A stretch of 64,000 bases of DNA from Escherichia phage UPEC03, in sequence record MW250785. The stretch is one strand, 5' to 3'. The position numbers were made by a program, and so were the translations under genes. Below the pieces are notes generated by a model that was not told where the DNA came from, did not search any database, and was given only the letters and a program-made list of their open reading frames with translations. This document shows positions 1 through 10,300 of the stretch, piece after piece. The number at the start of each line of letters is the position of its first letter. Within the stretch, counting starts at the first letter, position 1.

Positions 1-683
1 TTGATACGGAAGAGGAAATGTATCTAAAAGAAGCTGAACTCGTAACAGACGAGTATATTTCGCTTCCTCACACATACAACATCAAACCCGGTGGTAAAGG
101 CGGAACGGCCTACGAACAAAGCGAAGAACATCGACGCAAAAACAGTAATGCGCTAAAAGGAAGAGAAATCACTCCATTACATCGCGATCGGATCTCCCGT
201 GCATTGAAAAATCATGTCCGTAGTGAAGAACATCAACGGAAACTGAGTGAAGCATCAAAGATTGCTGTTAGTACACCCGAACATAAAGAAAAGATGTCTG
301 CTCATTTTACAGAACTGTATAAATCTCGTCCTGAATTGAAACAGCAAATATCATCTTCTGTCAAAGCACATTATGCTAATGAAACAGAAGAAGAGAAAAA
401 TCAACGTCGATTGCGTCATACAGGGAAGGTTCGGTCGGAAGAAACCAAACAAAAACTATCCATTGCTCATAAAGGAAAACATACAGGAGAGAAAAATCCT
501 ATGTTCGGCAAACCTGCATCGAATCGCCGTATGGTTTCTGGTGATGGTGTTGTGTATGGTTCCGTCAAAGAAGCTGCGGAAACACTGGGGTTGTCGCAAG
601 GAACAATCGTTGCTCGATGCAAATCACAGAAAAATGTAAATTGGTTCTATGTAGGTGTTGACTTGCCGAATCAAATCGATTAG
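1..683 (+). CDS. Seg-like GIY-YIG homing endonuclease, C-terminal part (ORF open at window start)
   Basis: Reading frame is open from base 3; repeated NUMOD3-like motifs (EEHRRKNSNALKGR, EEHQRKLSEASK, EETKQKLSIAHKGKH) and C-terminal HTH-like GSVKEAAETLGLSQGTIV resemble T4 Seg proteins. Confidence 0.6.
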   Translation, partial: DTEEEMYLKEAELVTDEYISLPHTYNIKPGGKGGTAYEQSEEHRRKNSNALKGREITPLHRDRISRALKNHVRSEEHQRKLSEASKIAVSTPEHKEKMSAHFTELYKSRPELKQQISSSVKAHYANETEEEKNQRRLRHTGKVRSEETKQKLSIAHKGKHTGEKNPMFGKPASNRRMVSGDGVVYGSVKEAAETLGLSQGTIVARCKSQKNVNWFYVGVDLPNQID

Positions 684-732
684 TATTTTCTACATCGAAG
701 CAAATCAATTTGAAATCAAATAAGGTAAAATT

Positions 733-1329
733 ATGTTCAAGAAAATCGTAGCATTCGTGACTGGTAAAGTTGAAACTGCAATCGAACAAAACACTTCCCC
801 AGAAGAAGCCTGGCGCAGTGCTGCACGTATCCTGATCAAAGAGATCGACCGTCTGCAACATACTCGCGTTTCTGCTGTTCAGGAAATCGTGAAGTTGAAA
901 AAGAAAGTCAAAGAACACAAAGACCTTCACACTGGTAAAGAGTCGGAGATCAAAAAACTGCTGGCGGCGGGGCAGGAAGTGTCCAACAGTCATTATGTGC
1001 TGGCGCTGCAACATCGTAACATCTGGCAGGGCTTGCAGACGAAGATCGAAGAACTGGAAGGGATGAACAAAGAGATTGATCTCTCTGTCGTTGAACTGGA
1101 TCGCAAACTGGCTGATGTCAAAATCAACCTGGAGATTATCGAACTGAACAAGCAAACCGAAAGTCTGGGTCTGACTGTACCGGAAGACGTGATCGCCGCT
1201 GTAGGCCACACCTCCGTAAGCGTCGATACCATTGTGACGAAGATTGATGTGTTGCTGGGTGGCAAAAATGCTGCTTCTGTAACCTCCGCTGACGTTAGCG
1301 CTTACATCGACTCCCTGAACGCGAAATAA
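733..1329 (+). CDS. coiled-coil protein, possibly PspA/IM30-like
   Basis: 198 aa ORF with RBS aaggtaaaattATG and a strong downstream terminator; heptad-rich sequence with N-terminal pattern loosely alignable to E. coli PspA. Confidence 0.55.
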   Translation: MFKKIVAFVTGKVETAIEQNTSPEEAWRSAARILIKEIDRLQHTRVSAVQEIVKLKKKVKEHKDLHTGKESEIKKLLAAGQEVSNSHYVLALQHRNIWQGLQTKIEELEGMNKEIDLSVVELDRKLADVKINLEIIELNKQTESLGLTVPEDVIAAVGHTSVSVDTIVTKIDVLLGGKNAASVTSADVSAYIDSLNAK

Positions 1330-1333
1330 GAGG

Positions 1334-1357
1334 AAGGGGCGCAAGCCCCTTTTTTGC
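1334..1357 (+). terminator. rho-independent terminator
   Basis: aaggggcgcaagcccctt hairpin followed by T-run. Confidence 0.7.
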
Positions 1358-1358
1358 T

Positions 1359-2312
1359 ATGTACGATTATACTATTGAATTTGATCGCGGTGAACATTGG
1401 TTGATTTCTCGTGCGAGAAACTTCTATGTTAAACTTCCAAAAAACTTTCATACTTTACCTGACGATGATACAGATCGTTTATTGAGAATTCTCATAGATG
1501 GGAATGTTCCACAGCGCGTTTTTCAGGAAATGGTTGATCATGCGTGTTCTGAATGGGATAAAAAGTATTGCGAAGAACTGACGCATGATAGTATAGTAAA
1601 CAGCAACCTTAAAGACGCTTACGAACGAAGAAGTGTATATGACATTTTTTATGAAAAAGAGAGGAAAAGTGAAATGATGTTCGAAGACGGCAACAGTGCA
1701 TTCAAACCAGCACGTAAAACTTATCCAGACTGGCGCAAACAGTACGCAGAACAGCTATGGCACATTGACATTCCCGAAGCGCTCATGAAAGCGATTAGCC
1801 CTGCGGTTGACTACTATTCAGGCTGGAAAGATGAATATGAGTTAGAAGTCGGTTCGTTTAAGGCGCACGTCATCAAAGCGACCAGAATTCTTGATTTCGT
1901 TGAAGCTGTTGCGTCATGTGATATCGTTGAAGATATTCGTATTCCATCAATCAACGTTTCGCGGTATAGTTCTCCGGGTAACATTCGCGGGGATCGTTAT
2001 GCGAACCTGGCAAGCACTACGGATAAGCTGAACTTCCACAAAATCAATGAAAAAGGGTTTGATGGTTGTGTTCTGATTTCAATGGTGGTCGCCACAACAC
2101 AAGGCGAATACAAGCTGATCATTGATTGTGACAAAGCAAACCGCGCAGTTCCCACAGTCAAACAATGCTTTGGTGAAGATTTCAAAGTGTTGATGAAAGC
2201 CCGCGCAATGGAAAAATTCATCCATTCGTGCAAAAAGAACGTGCTGGAGAAGTATGATCCGGCGCTCACATACACCAAAATTGATAAAGATCTGGTAGGT
2301 GATTTATGCTGA
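1359..2312 (+). CDS. hypothetical protein (317 aa)
   Basis: Long ORF in the coding-dense plus-strand block; no recognised motif. Confidence 0.6.
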   Translation: MYDYTIEFDRGEHWLISRARNFYVKLPKNFHTLPDDDTDRLLRILIDGNVPQRVFQEMVDHACSEWDKKYCEELTHDSIVNSNLKDAYERRSVYDIFYEKERKSEMMFEDGNSAFKPARKTYPDWRKQYAEQLWHIDIPEALMKAISPAVDYYSGWKDEYELEVGSFKAHVIKATRILDFVEAVASCDIVEDIRIPSINVSRYSSPGNIRGDRYANLASTTDKLNFHKINEKGFDGCVLISMVVATTQGEYKLIIDCDKANRAVPTVKQCFGEDFKVLMKARAMEKFIHSCKKNVLEKYDPALTYTKIDKDLVGDLC

Positions 2313-2590
2313 TTAACAAAACGCAGTGCAAAGCGATTAACTTTCTTCTACATGAACTGATTGAAAGCGGTATTCGTTTTGAATTCGTCGATCCGATTAA
2401 CAGTGATGATCGTCATCTTCTCCGCTGGGTATCTGGTAGCAATCCGCTGGATTCAGTATCCCAGGTGGTAGAGTCTGCACTTAAACATATGCCTTGTCGT
2501 GTTCTGTTGGGTAGCGTTAACGCCTCCACATGGAATGGATCTGATGCTTATTATGTCGGATTCAAAAAAGAGTTGACGGACGACGAATGA
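2306..2590 (+). CDS. hypothetical protein (94 aa)
   Basis: ORF overlapping previous stop by a few nt, typical phage coupling. Confidence 0.45.
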   Translation: MLINKTQCKAINFLLHELIESGIRFEFVDPINSDDRHLLRWVSGSNPLDSVSQVVESALKHMPCRVLLGSVNASTWNGSDAYYVGFKKELTDDE

Positions 2591-2635
2591 TGTTATAATA
2601 TGCCCCTGTAGACAACAAACTATAGGGGCTAAATC

Positions 2636-2830
2636 ATGAAAATCAAAAATACTGCTACTGAAAATCTTTGTAACGAAATCGCGGTGACTTACTGGAAAGA
2701 AGGTCACGTAAAAGCAATGAAGGATTTTCAACAGTGGTGTGATACCCAGAAGTTAGCCAACTGGGAATACGCCGTAATCGTGGAACGGATCAAAGAACTG
2801 ATCCTTGAGAAGAAAGGCACTATAAAATGA
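2636..2830 (+). CDS. hypothetical protein (64 aa)
   Basis: Short ORF with RBS-like ggggctaaatcATG. Confidence 0.4.
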   Translation: MKIKNTATENLCNEIAVTYWKEGHVKAMKDFQQWCDTQKLANWEYAVIVERIKELILEKKGTIK

Positions 2831-2888
2831 TTCAACTGAAATTAGACACCCATACGCTGAACAATCTGTTCCCAGAGGCAAAAGGCTG

Positions 2889-3380
2889 ATGAACTTTGAC
2901 CGCATCTACAACATGGATATGGTCAACGGTAAAGGAATCCGTGTAGTGTTGTTTGTCACTGGCTGCAATCATAAATGCGAAGGTTGCTATAACCGTAGTA
3001 CATGGAATCCCCGCAACGGTACACCATACACCGAAGAGACTGAAAACGAGTTGATTAAACTCCTTTCAAATCCCCATGTGGACGGATTGACGCTTACAGG
3101 CGGCGATCCGTTTTACCGCACCAATCATCCAACGCTCTTAAAACTGCTCCAGCGCGTCCGTGCGACGTTCCCTGATAAAGATGTGTGGGTTTGGACGGGT
3201 TACACCCTCGAAGCCTTACAGGGCGATACAGAACGCTCTAAGCTATTACCATTCATTGATGTTCTGATCGATGGACGGTACGAAAAGGATCAACCGACTA
3301 AGAAACCGTTTCGTGGTTCTGATAATCAGCGAATGATTGAGTTCAAAAAGAATTCCATCGAAATTAAAAATATCGCTTGA
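2889..3380 (+). CDS. nrdG: anaerobic ribonucleotide reductase activating protein (radical SAM)
   Basis: 163 aa; VVLFVTGCNHKCEGCYN cysteine motif and near-collinear match to recalled T4 NrdG (MNYDRIY...LTLTGGDP...WTGY...GSDNQR). Confidence 0.85.
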   Translation: MNFDRIYNMDMVNGKGIRVVLFVTGCNHKCEGCYNRSTWNPRNGTPYTEETENELIKLLSNPHVDGLTLTGGDPFYRTNHPTLLKLLQRVRATFPDKDVWVWTGYTLEALQGDTERSKLLPFIDVLIDGRYEKDQPTKKPFRGSDNQRMIEFKKNSIEIKNIA

Positions 3381-3436
3381 CCTGGTTTGTGGTTCTGTTA
3401 AGATATCCACATCGAAACAAACTTGAGGACGAGAAA

Positions 3437-3598
3437 ATGAAAAACGCAATCATCAAAGAAATCTGTGAACTGGTTGATGTGTATGGTTGGAGTTTAGGCG
3501 CTGCTAAAGCAGAAGCCAAATCTCGTCTGGAAGTTGTAATCAAAGCCCGTAGCAAAGATGAATTTGTTACTAAATTGCAAGCCCTCTATGAGAGATAA
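3437..3598 (+). CDS. hypothetical small protein
   Basis: Start moved to internal ATG with RBS gaggacgagaaaATG; 53 aa. Confidence 0.4.
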   Translation: MKNAIIKEICELVDVYGWSLGAAKAEAKSRLEVVIKARSKDEFVTKLQALYER

Positions 3599-3602
3599 TA
3601 TC

Positions 3603-4553
3603 ATGATCCTGAATTTTAAAACCCGTAAAGAAGCCCGTGACTATTGCTGGAAGTGGTCGATTCCGCTGAAAAATATCAACAAACAATCCGCTGGTTCGCA
3701 TCCGTGGACGGTGAGAACAAAAGAAACCCGCTTCGTAAGCGGTAAAGATTATAAACTGATTGATGTCGAAGGTTTCACCGATAACGGCAAAAACGTTGCT
3801 AACCGCATCCAGGCGCAACAGATCAACAAATTCATGAACGGTGTTGTAAGCATCACAAGCCGTGATGGTGATCGCTATACATTCAACGCTCCAGCAGGTG
3901 TTGCTATGAACACCCTTCGTGCATGGGAAGCGAAATACTTCACAGAAGTTATTCCTGGTAAAGCCCCAGCGCCAAAACGCGCTAAAAAGCCAAAACCAGT
4001 AGGCAAACCGTCTGTTGCTCCTGCACCAGCTAAACCGGATCTGGATTCTGAACTGGATGGTGGCGTTAACCTCGCTCCAACAACAGAACCAGTTGCGAAA
4101 CCTGCTGCACCACAGCCAGCGACAGTTGAAGCAATGCCGCATAACTTTGTTGCAAATCGTCCGTATGTTCTGGTAGATGAACTAGGTTTCTTGCGCTCTC
4201 ACACTGCGAACGAACGCATTGTGCAACACATCAAAAACAACAACGGTGTTCTGGTGTTTGACTCGGTTGACGGCGACGGTGACGCGACTATCGAACAAGA
4301 TCGTAGCCTCCAGTTTGTGATGCATCGTGAGCGTGTATTCTTCCGTGAACTCGGTACTGGTAATCCGGCAAACACTCCATCGGTTCAGACCGTTGATATT
4401 ACCAAACAGCAACGCGATAAAGAGATCATCAAAGCTGCACAGGCAGTAGAAGACGCACTGGCAGAACACCAAACGGCGATCGTAGTTGTTACACAGAAAG
4501 CTCGCGCAGTTCGTGAAGCCGCTGCAAAACTTGCACTGCTGGCACGTAAGTAA
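3603..4553 (+). CDS. hypothetical two-domain protein with Pro/Ala/Lys-rich linker
   Basis: Start chosen at MILNFKTRK immediately after the upstream stop; central low-complexity linker KAPAPKRAKKPKPVGKPSVAPAPAKP; followed by terminator. Confidence 0.55.
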   Translation: MILNFKTRKEARDYCWKWSIPLKNINKQSAGSHPWTVRTKETRFVSGKDYKLIDVEGFTDNGKNVANRIQAQQINKFMNGVVSITSRDGDRYTFNAPAGVAMNTLRAWEAKYFTEVIPGKAPAPKRAKKPKPVGKPSVAPAPAKPDLDSELDGGVNLAPTTEPVAKPAAPQPATVEAMPHNFVANRPYVLVDELGFLRSHTANERIVQHIKNNNGVLVFDSVDGDGDATIEQDRSLQFVMHRERVFFRELGTGNPANTPSVQTVDITKQQRDKEIIKAAQAVEDALAEHQTAIVVVTQKARAVREAAAKLALLARK

Positions 4554-4561
4554 TATAATTC

Positions 4562-4590
4562 GGGGGTGCTTACGGCATCCCCTTTTTTAT
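4562..4590 (+). terminator. rho-independent terminator
   Basis: GC hairpin cgggggtgcttacggcatcccc followed by tttttt. Confidence 0.65.
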
Positions 4591-4601
4591 TTGAGGTAAT
4601 C

Positions 4602-5336
4602 ATGGAATTATTCGCTGGAAAAACTTACGGTTTAACCGTATCCCCTGAAATCTTTGCAGAGAAAACCTGGAAAACAGGTATCGCAAACATCATTCGTGAA
4701 AAAGGTTACGTGACGATTGATCGCACCTCGATCGGTGAGTTCGAAGACCGCGCGTTTATCATGGACGGTGGTTACGAATATGAACTCCCTGCATCACTAT
4801 GGAAATGGTTCAAGGAAGTAACGCCGGAAAATGGTGAATTCACCTCAGAAGAACCAGAAGAAGTTAATCTGAGTAAAGGTGTAGAGGCTGAAAACGTTAT
4901 GCATATCGCTACGCCGGAAGAGGTTTCCGCTGGTGTTACCGGATCGGATCTGCGTCTGATGGAGATCCCTAAATTCACGTATCGCCCTGTACAGGAAAAT
5001 CCTCTGCGCGATCTCCGCATCGATCCATCATTCGGGGCTAACCTGGAAACGTTGAGCATCGCACCGATGCCTGTACGTAAATCTGATGCAATGCTTCGTT
5101 TCGCCTTGCAACATGTTTTCAGTGGTGGTAGCATCTATCAAATCAACATGGAATCTGAACTGAAAATGCAGGAAGACCAGATTGCAAACCTGTTCGAACT
5201 GCACACCCAGTTAACCGCTGTTGAGAATATCGAAAAACTGTTAGGCAAAGAGAAAAAGCGTATTTTGCAGGATCTCAAACCATACGGAAAGAAGAATGAA
5301 AGTCGAAATCTACGGAATTCCCGAAAGTCTTCATAA
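4602..5336 (+). CDS. hypothetical protein
   Basis: Start chosen at MELFAGK just after the terminator; 3-prime end overlaps the nrdC-like start. Confidence 0.5.
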   Translation: MELFAGKTYGLTVSPEIFAEKTWKTGIANIIREKGYVTIDRTSIGEFEDRAFIMDGGYEYELPASLWKWFKEVTPENGEFTSEEPEEVNLSKGVEAENVMHIATPEEVSAGVTGSDLRLMEIPKFTYRPVQENPLRDLRIDPSFGANLETLSIAPMPVRKSDAMLRFALQHVFSGGSIYQINMESELKMQEDQIANLFELHTQLTAVENIEKLLGKEKKRILQDLKPYGKKNESRNLRNSRKSS

Positions 5337-5574
5337 CTGTTACGGGTGTATACAAGCACAAAAGCTGTTGACAGAAAAAGGGATAGAATATACATTTTAT
5401 CCCGTTCTGAAAGAAGCGAAAAACGATCTGGGCTTTGAATACGATCGCCCACGTATCGAAGAGTTAGCAAAACGGGTAAGGCAACGTAGTTTAGCGTTTC
5501 AATACCCGCGTATTTTTGTCGATAACAAACTTATCGGCGGTTATCTGCAACTGAAACAACTTATTGGTGATTAA
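5296..5574 (+). CDS. nrdC: thioredoxin/glutaredoxin-like protein (NrdC-like)
   Basis: 92 aa with CYGC active-site motif; pattern KVxxYG...HxCxxC...LLT...IGG matches recalled T4 NrdC. Confidence 0.7.
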   Translation: MKVEIYGIPESLHNCYGCIQAQKLLTEKGIEYTFYPVLKEAKNDLGFEYDRPRIEELAKRVRQRSLAFQYPRIFVDNKLIGGYLQLKQLIGD

Positions 5575-5913
5575 ATGAGTCGTGAAATTTTACTCCCTGC
5601 TGCAAATGCTGTTCATGCTGAAACGATGGAATACATGGAGAAATTCGTTGAACGCGATAACACCGCGATCATCACTCCTACTCACCTGGACGCGCTCGAA
5701 GATCGTCTTCATAAGCAGATTAAAGATCAATTCCCTGAAAAGGTTAGCCGCAACTTCATTCGTCAGGAAATCGTTGCAATGATGCTGAAACATTACGGCG
5801 TTGAAATCTTCGGTGTCGAACCACTGAAACCGAAGAAAGCACGTCAAATGCCTAAACAGATCACCGACGAAGCAATCAAGAAATACCAGAAGAAATACGC
5901 TAAGAATAAATGA
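5575..5913 (+). CDS. hypothetical protein (112 aa)
   Basis: ORF tightly packed between nrdC-like gene and the NTPase gene. Confidence 0.5.
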   Translation: MSREILLPAANAVHAETMEYMEKFVERDNTAIITPTHLDALEDRLHKQIKDQFPEKVSRNFIRQEIVAMMLKHYGVEIFGVEPLKPKKARQMPKQITDEAIKKYQKKYAKNK

Positions 5914-7337
5914 TCTTTCATACGATTGAATGTGTTCCGTCAAGTGGTAAAACAAAGGCGATTCTGAACCATATCAATCAAACGGGCGAAAAAGCAATCA
6001 TCGCTTCGATTTCCATGATGTTATCAAAACAGTCTTATGACTACTACATCAACCAGGTAAAAGGGAAACGAGCGGTGATTGTGGACACGGATCACCGAAC
6101 CAAAAGAACCAATAATGATGCGCTGCGTGAGGTTGTCAAAGATTATGATGTGATCTTTATCACTCATGCAGCACTCAAAAACATTGATGACTTTGATTTG
6201 TATAAGGATTTTTCTCTGTACATTGACGAAGTTCCTGATTTGGTTGCGTTCGAAAGTCTGCGATTTAATAGCAATATCAAGCACATACGCGAGATTTGCT
6301 TGCCGTTTAGTTGCAATGCCGATGATATCGTTGATTTAAAACTTGACGAAGAAAAACGAGAACTGGTTACACGATTAGCCTATGATGGGCTTCGTAAACG
6401 TGATGATATCGCAATGAAGATGTTCCCGCTTTACCGTGCTCTGTTAGGGGCTATTCCGGTGAAGATGCAATGTAGCGATTCGGGATATGTCTGTTACTTC
6501 GTAGAGGATCATGACGTAAGCCAGTGGAAGTTCAAAAATGTAACCATTGCTTCATCCAACATCAAAGATACGATTACAGGGAAGATCCTACAAACGTTTC
6601 ATGATGTGGAGTTCAAAGATTCACCGCTTCAAACGCTGGTTGACTTTAAGCAATATAAAAACACGAAGCGCATTAAAATACATGTGCTCGCAGAGGGGGA
6701 TTATTCGCGTTATACGGGTGATCTCTCTCAATCTGGGACGACAGTATACACCCAGATTAAAAAACGCGTGGAGGCGCTTTTAGGGGGCGAACAGTTCATC
6801 TATTGCACCAACACGTATCGATCGAAGTTTAGCGAGGGGCAGGAAATCCCGTATAACTCGCACGGATTGAACTTCTATTCGAGCTATACTAACGTGGTAG
6901 CATTATTCAGTTACAACCCGTTACCCTGGCTTCGTCAAATGTTGCGAGCGGTTGCGGTGTCCTCTGGACTCGAAGAGGAAGAATTAGTTGATGCTTATGT
7001 TGTCAGTAAATATTACGAACCAGCCTTTCAGTTATGCGCTCGTTCTGATATCCGACACAACAACAGCAAAAGAAAGATTAATTTATTTGTGCCTGATATG
7101 CGGTTAGCGAAATACATGAAGGAAAAATATTTTCCCGATGCCATTATCGAAACCACAGAAGCAGTTCAAACGAAAAGGCAACGCAAATCATTTCAAACCC
7201 TTTTCCAAATGACGGACAAAGAGAAAAACGCTTTTACGCCATACAAGAAAAGAAACAAATTAGATTATGCGAATCCTCTTCATCACGCGATTGTTAAAGA
7301 TTGGCTGAACAATTACCGTGAGAAAAAGGCGACTTGA
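5910..7337 (+). CDS. P-loop NTPase, function unknown
   Basis: 475 aa; Walker A VPSSGKTKA near N-terminus and Walker B-like LYIDEVPD about 95 residues later. Confidence 0.7.
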   Translation: MIFHTIECVPSSGKTKAILNHINQTGEKAIIASISMMLSKQSYDYYINQVKGKRAVIVDTDHRTKRTNNDALREVVKDYDVIFITHAALKNIDDFDLYKDFSLYIDEVPDLVAFESLRFNSNIKHIREICLPFSCNADDIVDLKLDEEKRELVTRLAYDGLRKRDDIAMKMFPLYRALLGAIPVKMQCSDSGYVCYFVEDHDVSQWKFKNVTIASSNIKDTITGKILQTFHDVEFKDSPLQTLVDFKQYKNTKRIKIHVLAEGDYSRYTGDLSQSGTTVYTQIKKRVEALLGGEQFIYCTNTYRSKFSEGQEIPYNSHGLNFYSSYTNVVALFSYNPLPWLRQMLRAVAVSSGLEEEELVDAYVVSKYYEPAFQLCARSDIRHNNSKRKINLFVPDMRLAKYMKEKYFPDAIIETTEAVQTKRQRKSFQTLFQMTDKEKNAFTPYKKRNKLDYANPLHHAIVKDWLNNYREKKAT

Positions 7338-7352
7338 TGGTCGCCTTTTTTG
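7326..7352 (+). terminator. rho-independent terminator
   Basis: ggcgacttgatggtcgcc hairpin followed by tttttt. Confidence 0.65.
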
Positions 7353-7354
7353 TT

Positions 7355-7362
7355 TATAAATA
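7355..7362 (+). promoter_or_regulatory. T4-type late promoter TATAAATA
   Basis: Exact TATAAATA 32 nt upstream of the gp34 start codon. Confidence 0.7.
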
Positions 7363-7393
7363 TCAGTATTGAATAAGATAAAGGAAAACGATA

Positions 7394-10300
7394 ATGGTAG
7401 CTAAATCATTCCGCGCCACAAGTGGCCTTGATGCTGCTGGCGAAAAAGTTATCAACGTTGGTAAAGCATCACGCTCTGTGTTGAGCGACGGCGTGAACGT
7501 TGACTTTTTTAACGAATTTAACACGATCCAACAATACGATTCTACCCGTGGTTATGCTGCGTTTATGGCTATCATGTACGCGCGTCGTATTTGGTACGCT
7601 CGCGCAGATATTCCATCACCAGCGGGTGCTTTCGATGAAACAAAATGGATCTCAACCCGTAACGATCCAAAATGGGTATATAACAACGTAACGAGCAATG
7701 ACGGTCTCCCTGTTGAATCCGGTACGTACTTAATGGCTGACGGTCGTTTCTCTGAATTGACCTATATTCTGCCAGATGCCCCTGTTGAGGGTGATATTAT
7801 CACTATTAAAGATGGTGGCGGTCTTGCAGGGATCAACAACCTGTTAGTGCGTTCAAACACTCGTCAGATCCGTTTACGTGATATTCAGTCAAGCTCTTAT
7901 CGACTGACTCACCCATATATGACCGTTGCGTTTATTTTTAACGGCAACTTATGGCGTGTTGCTGAAATGCGTGATAACCGTGATTCGCAGTTTGTTAATG
8001 CGACTGGTTTAACCGCTTTCCAAATGCAAGCGGGTATGGTAACATTCCGTAACAGTGGAACGGGTAAAATTACGTTGCAGTTGCCTCGCTACGCAAACGA
8101 TGGTGACTCAATCACAACTTACGATCTGGATCGCCTTGCTTCGGTGAACGTTGCGACTCTGCAAGTTTATCCTGGTAGCGGACACACGATCAGTTATGAC
8201 GGTATCAATAACGTACCCTCTGTGACTTCACAGCGTTCCGGTTATGGTATTTTCATGTTCGATCAGGCTAATAACCGTTGGGTTGTTTATGACGGTGATC
8301 AGCGCGTTCGTCTGCGTCGTATCAGTGATGACCTGAACATGTTGCCGAACGATTACGTGTTCATTACTCCTGTTGCTGGTAGTCCTCCAACTGTGCGTAA
8401 CGTTACGCTGACTCTTCCGCAAGATGTTGCCGAAGGTGATCGCGTGTATATCAGTATGTACATGATGGGGAAAACGCAGAACTGCACGATCAAAGTTAAA
8501 GATGGTTCCGGTGAAAAGATCCGCACCAACAAAAACATGATGCAGTTCCCACAGCGTAAGGATTATCCGCCTAATGATTGGTTCAGTGTTGACACTCTGA
8601 CTTTCAATGCCGATACTGACTATCTTCCATACATGGAATTGTCGTATCTGAAAGCTACGAAAGAATGGGTAGTTGCACAGTATCGCCCGATCATTGAACG
8701 TGTCGATCCAACAAACCGTTCTCGTCTGGGTGTGATTGCGCTGGCTACACAGGCAGAAGTAAACAAGAACCATGAAGATACGCCGTCTGATGAACTGGCA
8801 GTAACCCCGCGTACACTGGCGAATAAAACCGCTACTGAAACGCGTCGTGGTATCGCTCGCCTGGCAACAACTGCGGAAGTTAACCAGAACACGACAGCAA
8901 CCTTCCTTGATGACGTGATCGTGACGCCTAAAAAGCTGAACGAACGATCAGCAACAGAAGATCGTCGTGGGGTGCTGGAAATCGCAACTCAGGCAGAAAC
9001 AAACGCTGGTACTGATGACACTACCGCAATCACGCCTAAGAAGCTCGACACACGCCGCGCGACCGAAACCCTAGCAGGTATCGGAAAACTCGTTACAACG
9101 GGCGCTACGACAGCGGAGGGGGCTTTACGTGGGGATGCTGGTACTAACGTCTACAACTTCAATAACGGTGTTGATCTGATCACTCCGAAATCATTGAACG
9201 AGAAGACGGCGACCGAAAAGTCAAAAGGTCTGGTTGTTCTGGCGACTGAAAACGAAGTGGTAACTGGTGCTGCTGCGGGATCTGCTTCAATGCCGATCGT
9301 AGTAACTCCTGAAATGCTGCATCGTAAAACGTCTACTGAAACGCGTATCGGATTGATTGAGATCGCAACCCAGACAGAAACAAACACGGGAACTGACGAT
9401 CTCCGTGCTGTAACGCCTAAGAAGCTGAACGATCGTAAAGCGACTGAATCACTTGATGGTATTATTGCCCTCGCTACCACTGCGGAAGTTGCAGCAGGTA
9501 CGGTAACGAATAAGGCGGTTGTTCCGGTTAAGCTGAAAGAGTTCTTCGACGTTACAAGTCATGTTGCGGTTGCTACCGATGACGGTTTAACTCAGTCCGG
9601 CACTATCTGGACAACGATTAACCTGGGGATTGCGTCTGCTACTGAAACACAGCGCGGTACTTTACGTGTTGCGACTCAGGGTGAAACTGATGCGGGTCTT
9701 CTGGATACCGTGTTCATTACGCCTAAGAAACTGCAAGCGAAGAAAGCGACGGATACCGCCGAAGGTATTATTCGTTGTGCGACTAACGCGGAAGCGGGTG
9801 CGGGTACTGCTACTAACCTGGCAATTACTCCGGCTACCATGCAGTTCTTGAACGGTACTGATCCGGCGTGGGGTGCGACGACAACTCGACGCGGTGCGGT
9901 GTTTATCACTACCCAATCAAACACTTTCATCGGTGATAATCTGGTTGGTTCTACTCAGGCCGTTGACGATTATCTCGAAGATTTCTATGCTGTATCGCCT
10001 CGCGGTCTGAACTTTGCTCTGCAAAACTTCTTACCGAAAATGGCAACGGCACAGAATAGTTTGAGTCTGGGCGGTGTGGTTGCTGCAAGCTGGATGCGTC
10101 GTGATGCAAACCAGACGGTAACTGGAAATAACACGTTTAACGGTACAAGCAACTTCGTTGGTAACGTAACCACTAACGGAACACTGACGGCTAACGCTGC
10201 GGTAACGGTTAACAACACCGTAACCACGAACAATAACATTAACCAGTCTGCGAAAGCAAACACTGTTTATGCAAATACTGTTCTGAGTGGTGAGGCTGCG

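Noticed and set aside
8700-9800. Periodic repeats that could be mistaken for a CRISPR-like array
   Set aside because: The periodicity comes from protein-level repeats in gp34 (ATQAE.N..TDDT.A.TPKKL), in frame and imperfect at the DNA level; no unique spacers and no noncoding context.
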